DNA of 64,000 nucleotides from Torpedo marmorata (lineage: Eukaryota), in contig OZ360230.1 in assembly GCA_977017645.1 (NCBI GenBank), forward strand, positions 47,988,001 to 48,052,000, written 5' to 3'. Below are positions 55,729-64,000 of this stretch, one piece after another; within the stretch, counting starts at the first letter, position 1; each line of letters starts with the position of its first letter. A program made the position numbers and the translations under genes. The notes below the pieces were generated by a model, which was given only the letters and a program-made list of their open reading frames with translations, was not told the DNA's origin and searched no databases.

Positions 55729-55926
55729 ATTTATGCATGGAACTTGTTTGCCTTCTAAAGAATGGAAAGCCACAAGCCCAAGGGCTCTAGAGATGCCAGC
55801 AGACATTTTTGGAGGTTTCTTACTGTTTACCAAAGCAATAAGTAATTATTAATAAGACTTCAACATGAGATTCCTTTAAATGGGCAATTAGGCAATGGGA
55901 TATTCTGACAGCACAGTGTTGCAAAC

Positions 55927-56084
55927 TAGATTTAGATTAGATTTCAGATTTATTGTCAGAGTACATTCATGATGACATCACATACAACCCTGAGATTCCT
56001 TTTTCCTGCAGGCACGGTAGAATTACCACTAATTGGTAGTGCAAAAATTAAATTGTACACAGCGTATACATGTAAACAAACAAA
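55927..56084 (-). mobile_element. Rex1/Babar-type LINE 3' UTR and tail fragment
   Basis: Closely matches about 63549-63703 (agatttcagatttattgtcagagtaca...acatcacatacaaccctgagattc...gaattaccactaattggtagt...catgtaaacaaacaaa), which is attached to a Rex1-type ORF end. Confidence 0.85.
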
Positions 56085-56121
56085 TTAAAATCTAGTGTGT
56101 GTGCAACACAAACCAGCAACA

Positions 56122-58189
56122 ATGGATGTGGAAAATCTTTGGGAATCACCCGAACCTGATACTTTAAAAAAGGCTAAAAAGGAACAGTTAGTGGTTATAG
56201 CAACAGAGTTGGGCATTGCTTCTGTAAAACCATCAATACAAAAGGCAGAGATTGGGAAAAAATTTGCCAAATACTATATAAAAGGGAAAAAGTTTGAGGA
56301 GAGCGTGTTAGAGCAGTTTCCCAAGAGTAAACCTTCTGAAAACATATAGTTGGAACTGAAGAAATTGGAATTGGAATTGGAGCAAAAGAAATTAGACAGG
56401 GAATTGGAACAAAAGAGATTAGTCTTAGAGATAGAGGAGAACATTAGGCAATATGAGCTGGAAAAGATTAAGTTGGAAAATGAGAGGAGACAAGAAGAGC
56501 ACCAAGATCAAATTTGTGGTCCTGTTAAGAGGTTTTTGGCCAGTAGAGAAGTTAGGTTGGTTCCTCCATTTGAGGAGGTGGAAATAGATAAGTACTTCCA
56601 ACATTTTGAAAAGGTGGTAGTGAAATTAAAATGGTCACAAGACCAATGGTCTCTTATGTTACAAAGTGTAATTAAAGGAAAAGCTCAGCAAGCTTATTGT
56701 ACTCTTAACATGGAGCAAGCTGCTGATTATGAAATGGTGAAAAAGGCTATACTCCAGGATTATGAGTTAGTTCCAGAGGCTTATAGACAGAAGTTTAGAA
56801 ATTTAAAAAGATCAGCAACACAATCTTACACAGAGTTTGCCTATGAAAAGGTTGTGTGTTTTGACCGGTGGTGCACATCTAAGGCAGTAAACAATGATTA
56901 CAATCAATTGAGAGAATTGATACAAATTGAGGAGATAGAAAGGTGTGTTTCTGAGGATATTAAGGCATACTTAGATGAAAAGGAGGTAAAAGCTTGGCAA
57001 AATTCAACTAAGTTAGCAGATGAATATGCTTTAACCCACAAGCCTAAGTGGACGTCAGACAGAATTTTCCAAAAGTGCACTGTGGATAATCAGAAGCAAG
57101 TGGAAAGTAAATTTGGAAGCGGTGTTACGGAAAGAGATAAAGAGAAGTGGAAAAGGGTAAACCCTTTGGGTCCCATTTGCCACTACTGTAGGAAGGCTGG
57201 TCATATGCTAGCAAGCTGTCCAGTGTTGAAAAAGAAGAGAGAAAAGGATGCAACACCTAATGCTTGTATTGAGAGTGAGAAGAGGCATAACACCCAGGAA
57301 GGAGACAAATTTACTGACAAAGTTAGGGATGTATTTAAACCTTTTGTGACTGATGGTTTTGTTTCAGTTAAGGCAGGAGCAAAGCAAGTTCCAGTGAAAA
57401 TCTTGCGAGATACTGGAGCTGCTCAGTCACTTGTGTTAGATAGTGTCTTGAAATTTTGTGAAGCCACTGACACCGGTGAAATGAATTTAATTCAAGGAAC
57501 TCGGGGTGATGTTAAGTCCATTCCTTTGCATAAAATAGTGTTCAACTCAGCCTTGGTGAAAGGACCTATTATAATAGGAGTGAGATTAGAGTTGCCAGTA
57601 GAAGGAGTTTCACTGTTGCTAGGCAATGACTTGGCTGAGGGTAAAGTAGTTCCTGCAGTGCGAATAACCACTAAGCCAGTCACTGATAAGTCAGAAAAAG
57701 ACTCTGATATTTATCCGGCATGTGCCATAACCAGGGCCATGTCCAAGAAAAATGACACTGCAGAGAAGGCAGTGGAAAATAAATTGGTGAAAGAAAAAGT
57801 CGGTGATAATCAAAAACACCTGGAAAACGTTGAGCAATTTCCTGTGTTACACCCATACACTGATAAGACACCTAAAGGCACTGATTTGTCACTATCACGA
57901 TAGGAGCTAATAGCAAGATGAAAGGAGGATCCTGATTTTGATGAGGTGAGGGATAAGGTTCTCTCCTCTCCTGTAGTAGGACAGGAGATTAAGAAGGTGC
58001 CAGTGGGTTATTATGAAAAAAGATGGGGTGTTGATGAGAAAGTGGAGACCATGTGATGTTCCTGCCAGTGAAGAATGGGCAGTAGCGCAGCAGGTTGTGA
58101 TCCCTAAAGTATATAGGGACGAAATAATAACTTTTGCTCATAGCACACCCTTAGGTGGCCACCTTGGGGTGAAGAAAACTACACGGAAG
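56122..58189 (+). mobile_element. Defective Ty3/Gypsy (Gmr1-like) LTR retrotransposon internal region: gag (SCAN-like capsid, CCHC), protease, start of integrase
   Basis: ATG 56122, with in-frame stops at 56347 and 57901. VPPFEE..DKYFQHFEKV, YELVPEAYRQKFR, CHYCRKAGHMLASC zinc knuckle and LRDTGAAQS aspartic protease motif. After a further stop and a frameshift (about 58015) comes DGVLMRKW...VVIPKVYRDEIITFAHSTPLGGHLGVKKT, the N-half of the integrase H2C2 domain. Confidence 0.9.
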
Positions 58190-58634
58190 ATAACCATATA
58201 ACCATATAACCATATAACAATTACAGCACGGAAACAGGCCATTAGTCCCTTCTAGTCCGCACCGAACCAAACACTCCTCTCTAGTCCCACCTACCTGCAC
58301 CCTGCCCATAACCCTCCACCTCCTTCTCATCCATATACCTGTCCAACTTTTTCTTAAATAATAAAATTGACTCTGCCGCCACTACTTCTCCCGGAAGCTC
58401 ATTCCACACTGCTACCACTCTCTGAGTAAAGAAGTTCCCCCTCATGTTACCTCTAAACCTCTGCCCCTTAACTCTTAACTCATGTCCTCTTGTTTGAATC
58501 TCTCCTACTCTTAACGGAAATAGTCTATCCACATCCACTCTGTCTATCCCTTTCATAATCTTAAATACCTCTATCGAATCCCCTCTCAACCTTCTATGCT
58601 CCAAAGAATAAAGACCTAATCTGCTCAATCTTGC
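58190..58634 (-). mobile_element. 5'-truncated CR1-clade LINE (HER1-like) 3' end
   Basis: RLSRLGLYSLEHRRLRGD.IEVFKIMKG...TRGH...FFTQRVVAVWNELP is the CR1 ORF2 C-terminal signature. The tail is ...GGCCTGTTTCCGTGCTGTAATTG(TTATATGG)n, an 8-nt repeat. Confidence 0.92.
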
Positions 58635-58653
58635 AGACCAAAATTTTCTTTGT

Positions 58654-59528
58654 GGGTGGGAGTTGTTATGGACCATGACTGAACATTTGGACTGCGGACG
58701 GTCAGCAGGAAGGATGACGTCTTTGGAGTACACACTGGGACCAGGTACTGAAAGAGTTAACTTGCCCAGGGCTGGCTGTGCTCAGAGAGAGAGACACATA
58801 GAGGGAGAGACAGGCTGTGGAAAGATACTTTGTTGCACTTTTGCAAAAGCAGGTGCAAACCTCTGCAAAAAGCATTCAGTTTGGAGTTGCAAAAGGCTGA
58901 AGCAACAACACCAAAACCAGGCTTGTGCATTCCAGTTGAAAGACTGTGGAATATAGCACATTGTCTCTTGTATCAGCAAAACCCTGAGATAAAGCAACTT
59001 TCGTGGAGAACAGGCGTGAGATCAACGAGACAGGCTGTGAGATCCAAGTTCACAACTCAATCAGTGGTTACTGATTTGGAACAGCAACCCTCATGCACCT
59101 ACTAAAAGGGAAAACCATCGGAAGAAAAGCAGGCCAAGCATTCGTAAGCTTAAACATAAATTGTGTGTCTCTCCAATGTTCATTCAGAAGTCCTTCGTGC
59201 CAACACACAGAGCTAAATTTGGACCCCGAACATAGAGAGTGATTTTTGTGGACTGTATTTTTGAGACTGACTTATTTTTATGACTGACCTGGGGTTTTGG
59301 GGAAGGTTTTCTATTTTTTTTCTTGAGGGTTGGGCACAGAGTGTAATGGTCTGGGCTTTACACACACACACACACACACACTCTTTAGATAAGAATAGTG
59401 TTTATAGACATTTATAGTGGGGTTGATTGTAGTGAAATTATATGTTTAATTGTCGTTAATAAATATAAATTTCAATTTTGCCCCTTTTGCATTGCGTTTT
59501 CTGTCGTTGCTGGTTTGAATTTGTAACA
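58654..59528 (+). mobile_element. 3' LTR of the Gypsy element (about 875 bp)
   Basis: Preceded by aaattttcttt and the purine-rich gtgggtgggag (PPT-like). Begins TGTTA and ends TAACA (terminal inverted repeats). AATAAA at 59458-59463 and an internal (AC)n at 59359-59381. Unrelated LINE sequence resumes exactly at 59529. Confidence 0.75.
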
Positions 59529-59595
59529 CTTCAAATCTGGCGTAGAAGGCATTGAGTTCCTCTGGGAGAGAAGTTTTGCCATCTGCTACTTTACC
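59529..59595 (-). mobile_element. Rex1/Babar-type LINE internal ORF fragment
   Basis: The minus strand translates KVADGKTSLPEELNAFYARFE, the conserved pre-RT motif of Rex1-type ORFs. Confidence 0.75.
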
Positions 59596-59859
59596 ATGCA
59601 GGAGAGATCAGTGATTAAGAGAAGAATTTGGTGCAGCAATATGGATAGTACCTTGCTCATATTTCCTCTGTCTGGTTTTACTGGCATTGATGGCACTTTA
59701 TGCTCTTAACTTCCTTGATAATATTTATCCAACGTGAGGGAGAATTAACAAGGATAGCAAGATTGTAAATGATGAGTTGTCCTTCCAATGATTTCAACAG
59801 TCTGCTTTCATACTCGTTCTCATGCTCAATCATACATGCATTGCTTATCCAGTGAGATT

Positions 59860-60545
59860 TGACAACAACCTTGAGCTCAACGTCAGCAAAACCAAGGAGA
59901 TGATTGTGGACTTCAGGAGGAAGTCAGGGGAACACGACCCAGTCCTCATCGAGGGCTCAGTAGTGGAGAGGGTCAAGAACTTCAAATTCCTGGGTGTCAA
60001 CATCTCCGAGGATCTGACCTGGAGCCTCCACGTTGATGCAATCACAAAGAAGGCTCGTCAGCGGCTATACTTTGTGAGGTGTCTGAGGAGATTCGGTATG
60101 TCACTGAAGACTCTCGTAAACTTCTACAGGTGTACCATGGAGAGCGTTCTGGCTGGTTGCAACACTGCCTGGTATAGAGGTGCCAACTCTCAGGACAAGA
60201 GTAAACTCCAGAGGGTTGTTAACTCGGCCTGTGACATCACAGGCACCAAACTTCACTCCATCGAGGACATCTACATAAGGCGGTGTCTTAAAAAAGCAGC
60301 CTCTATCCTCAAAGACCCCCACCACCCAGGCCATGACCTCTTCACTCTGCTTCCATCGGGAAAAAGGTACAGGAGCCTAAAGACGAACACTCAATGGCAC
60401 AAGGACAGCTTATTCACTGCTGCCATCAGATTCCTGAATAAGCAATGAACCAAAGACACTGCTTTACTTTTGGTGCACTATTATTTATAATTTTTTATAG
60501 AAATGTCGTAAGATGGTTATAACATGAATGTTAATTGCACTATGA
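59860..60545 (+). mobile_element. Rex1/Babar LINE copy A (5'-truncated), first part
   Basis: [19 protein letters not shown]...[13 protein letters not shown]...KKARQRLYF...[20 protein letters not shown]. The 3' UTR is interrupted after tgcactatga. Confidence 0.92.
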
Positions 60546-61796
60546 ATTAACACATACCTAAGCAAAGATCTGGACCCACTGCAATTCGCCTATCGTCACA
60601 ATCGCTCCACAGCAGATGCAATATCGCTGGCTCTCCACTCAGCTCTGGATCACCTCGAAAACAGCAATTCATACATACGGCTGCTCTTCATAGACTACAG
60701 CTCGGCCTTCAATACCATTATTCCCTCAGTGCTGGTCAAGAAGCTACAAACTCTAGGCCTCTGTACCCCACTCTGCAACTGGATCCTTGACTTTCTCATC
60801 GGAAGACCACAGTCAGTACGAATTGGAAACAACGTCTCCTCCTCACTGATTATCAACACAGGCGCACCCCAAGGATGCGTGCTTAGTCCACTGCTCTACT
60901 CGCTATACACTCATGACTGTGAGGCCAGGCACAATTCCAATGCCATATACAAGTTTGCCGATGACACCACAGTTGTCGGCAGAATCACAAACGGCAATGA
61001 GGAAGCGTACAGGAGGGAGATAGATCAGCTCATTGAATGGTGTAATGACAACAACCTCGAGCTCAACGTCAGTAAAACCAAGGAGATGATTGTGGACTTC
61101 AGGAGGAAGTCAGGGGAACACAACCCAGTCCTCATCGAGGGCTCAGTCGTGGAGAGGGTCAAGAACTTCAAATTCCTGGGTGTCAACATCTCCGAGGATC
61201 TGTCCTGGAGCATCCACGTGGATGCAATCACAAAGAAGGCTCGTCAGCGGCTATACTTTGTGAGGCGATTGCGGAGATTCGGTATGTCGCCAAAGACTCT
61301 CGTGAACTTCTACAGGTGTACCGTGGAGAGCATTCTAGCTGGTTGCATCACTGCCTGGTATGGTGGTGCCAACTCCCAGGACAAGTGCAAACTCCAGAAG
61401 GTTGTTACCTCGGCTTGTGACATCACGGGCACCAAACTTCACTCCATCGAGGACATCTACATGAGGCGATGTCTTAATAAAGCAGCCTCTATCCTCAAGG
61501 ACCCCCACCACCCAGGCCATGCCCTCTTCACGCTGCTTCCATCGGGGAAAAGGTACAGGAGCCTAAAGACGAGCACTCAACGGCACAAGGTCAGCTTCTT
61601 CCCTGCTGCCATCAGATTCCTGAACAATCAATGAACCAAAGACACTAGTGCACTATTGTTTATAATTTTTATATAGTAATGTCGTTAGAATGGTTAATAT
61701 GAATGTTAATTGCACTATGATGCTGCCGCAAAGCACCGAATTTCATGACTTGTTCATGACAATAAATTCTGATTCTGATTCTGATTCTGATTCTGA
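60546..61796 (+). mobile_element. Rex1/Babar LINE copy B (5'-truncated, RT domain intact), nested in copy A
   Basis: Open frame 60546-61634: [56 protein letters not shown] plus (TTCTGA)5 tail. Confidence 0.94.
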
Positions 61797-61860
61797 TGGT
61801 GCCGCAAAACACCGAATTTCATGACTTGTTCATGACAATAAATTCTGATTCTGATTCTGA
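61797..61860 (+). mobile_element. Rex1/Babar copy A, displaced 3' terminus and tail
   Basis: tggtgccgcaaaacaccgaatttcatgacttgttcatgacaataaa(ttctga)3 continues exactly where copy A stops at 60545. Confidence 0.85.
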
Positions 61861-62012
61861 AAAATGACAGCTTGAAGAAAATTACCTGGATTGAATTTTG
61901 AAGGTAAGACAATCAACAACAAGTAACTTTAAAAAAAAGACAATCAATATTATTGTAAATATCAAGTAGGTATCGGAGGTTAATTTAAATTTATTTTTGA
62001 AACTGAAAATAT

Positions 62013-63418
62013 ATAATTCAAACAACTCTCTGAAAAGTTTATCTTACCCAATACTCATTTCTTTAGATATTTGCAAATTAGGCATTTTCTTCAATCTCAG
62101 ATTTTTGATTTATCTGGAGCTCCCGATGCGAACTTTATGGATGAGTGTTTTGGTTTGCAGCCTTCTCGTAAAGGTTTAATATCTATTATTTATGTTAAGT
62201 TACTATGTTTAAGACAGGCCCCGTTATTTAAAATAAAAAATGCCAGGGAAGGGGATTTAAACCTTTCAATATCAGATGAAGTTGTTTAAGGATTTGAAGA
62301 TCTCTGGATATCGGATCTACTGGCATACTTGATCTCCATAATAGAATTAGTTTATAGATTGGTATTCTCCTTACTCTATCTTTTTCTTTCTTTTTTCTTC
62401 TTCTTTTTCTATTTTTATTTTCTATTTTTATTTTTATTAGATTAGTGGGGTTGGGAGGGTTGGGGAGGGGAGGGGGGGTGAAAATGTATCACAAATACTT
62501 TGATAATTTTATATTTTATTTTATGTATTTTGTGATTTAAACATTTTAAATAAAATATTTAAAAAAAAAATATCAGATGAAGTTTGGGATTTAATTTTTA
62601 AGTTGGTCAATAACTCATCGTAATGTGCTCATCATTGTTTACTTCTCTTTAAAGTTGTACATAGGCCGCATACGTCCAAAGCTAAATTATCTTGTCTTTA
62701 TCCAGATATAAATTCTTGTTGTGATAGATTTAAGAGAGGAGAGGCTTCTTTAATTCATATGTTCTGGACTTGCCCTAGTCTGGAAAAATACTGGAGAGAT
62801 GTCTTCCATACTTTATCTTTAATTCTTGACATAAATTTAGAGCCGAATCCTTTGGTTGCTCTTTTCGGAATAACAGGAAAGGATGATGTTCTTTTGACTT
62901 CAATTAAATGTTGAACTCTATCCTTTGCTTCTCTTTTGGCACGGCGAGCGATATTACTTAGATGGAAGGATGCTGCCCCGCCCACGCATGCTCAATGGCT
63001 GAGAGACATATCCACAATTCATAAACATATTTGAACTTAGAAAAGATTCGTTATTCAATTGATAATTCAGGTATAACATTTCAAATGCTGTGGGGGCCAT
63101 TTATGAGTCATTTTCTTTGCCTTTAATATAATATAATACTGACCTTTATTTTTTTCTCTGTTTTCATTTTAGTATTAATTATGCTTATTATCATACAACG
63201 TGGATAAAGTAGGGATGGGTTTTTGATTTTTCCTTAATCGGGATAAAATTATTAATATGTTTATGAATTGTGGATATGTCTTATGATTTCTGTATCTTCT
63301 TTTTTAATGATTGAATCTGTTATTTACACTTAACACTCCACAATTGCTTTTTGTACTTTTATGTTTTTTTCTGCTTTAAAATCAAAATTAATAAAATATT
63401 TTAAAAATAAATTAAAAA
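62013..63418 (+). mobile_element. Degraded 5'-truncated L1-clade LINE (ORF2 C-terminus and 3' UTR) with 14-bp TSD
   Basis: LPNTHFFRYLQIRHF, FKVVHR, HMFWTCPSLEKYW, LLARRAILLRWK, LEKIRY. A-rich end. TSD GAAACTGAAAATAT at 61999-62012 and 63419-63432. Confidence 0.85.
62284..62568 (+). mobile_element. 285-bp poly(A) retroposon (probable L1 3' UTR) nested in the L1, with 16-bp TSD
   Basis: TSD AATATCAGATGAAGTT at 62268-62283 and 62569-62584. T-rich then G-rich tract, AATAAA at 62549, then an A run. Confidence 0.85.
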
Positions 63419-63537
63419 GAAACTGAAAATATTTTCAAAATGATATACAAACACCTTTTAATAAAAAAAGCTTACTAATTATTCCAATGAAAATATGTTG
63501 TTTTATAATTTGGTTGAATATCATTCTTGATGGATCA

Positions 63538-64000
63538 ATTTCAGATACAGATTCAGATTTCAGATTTCAGATTTATTGTCAGAGTACATACATGACATCA
63601 CATACAACCCTGAGATTCTTTTTCCAGCAAGCGCGGCAGAATTACCACTAATTGGTAGTACAAAAAAAACTGTACACAGCGTAAAACATGTAAACAAACA
63701 AAGAACTGTAAACAGATAATGAATGTAAACAAACTGACTGTGCAATATCGAGAGAATAAAAAAGAAAATGAAAATCAATAAAGTGCACAAGTAAGAGTCC
63801 TTAAATGAGTCTCTGATTGAGTTTGTCGTTGAGGAGTCTGATGGTGGAGGGGTAGCAGCTGTTCCTGAACCAGGTGGTGTGACTCTTTTGGCACCTATAC
63901 CTCTTTCCTGATGGCAGCAGCAAGAACAGAGCGTGTGTTGGGTGGTGTGGGTCTTTGATGATTGCTGTTGCTCTCTGACGGCAGCGTTCCCTGTAGATGT
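63538..64000 (-). mobile_element. Rex1/Babar LINE, second subfamily, 3' end (runs off the window)
   Basis: The minus strand encodes [36 protein letters not shown]...FRNSCYPSTIRLLN, followed by a 3' UTR, AATAAA and an (AATCTGA)n-type tail. Confidence 0.9.

Noticed and set aside
56347-56349. In-frame TAG in Gypsy gag as programmed read-through
   Set aside because: It lies early in gag rather than at a gag-pol junction, and further stops and a frameshift show general decay.
58190-61860. Short tandem repeats (AACCATAT)n and (TTCTGA)n as CRISPR-like or telomeric arrays
   Set aside because: They are LINE 3' tails attached to CR1 and Rex1 sequence, with no spacers, in a vertebrate context.

Overview
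AT-rich vertebrate genomic DNA, most likely from a cartilaginous fish (inferred from the CR1/HER1-type, Rex1/Babar and Penelope-derived repeats). The window holds the complete head-to-head Zic4 (minus strand, 2 coding exons, about 527 aa) / Zic1 (plus strand, 3 coding exons, about 445 aa) C2H2 zinc-finger gene pair. The pair sits in about 55 kb of non-coding DNA that keeps its CpGs and is almost free of transposons. A dense nest of retroelements follows (55.6-64 kb). The strongest signal is a 218-bp perfectly identical inverted repeat inside the coding exon 1 of both paralogues (29578-29795 vs 43538-43755; 252/255 over the wider tract). Equally protein-conserved neighbouring segments are heavily diverged at synonymous sites, which points to recent or ongoing gene conversion homogenising ZF1-ZF3, in a geometry that could also flip the spacer and make in-frame Zic1/Zic4 chimeras. 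Other notable items are a 107-bp TSD-flanked element carrying a minimal hammerhead-ribozyme motif, a Gmr1-type Gypsy element inside a three-layer nest, Rex1-in-Rex1 and L1-in-L1 insertions, a 62-bp perfect microsatellite palindrome and an orphan CpG island at the domain edge. All calls were made by eye, with no database searches.
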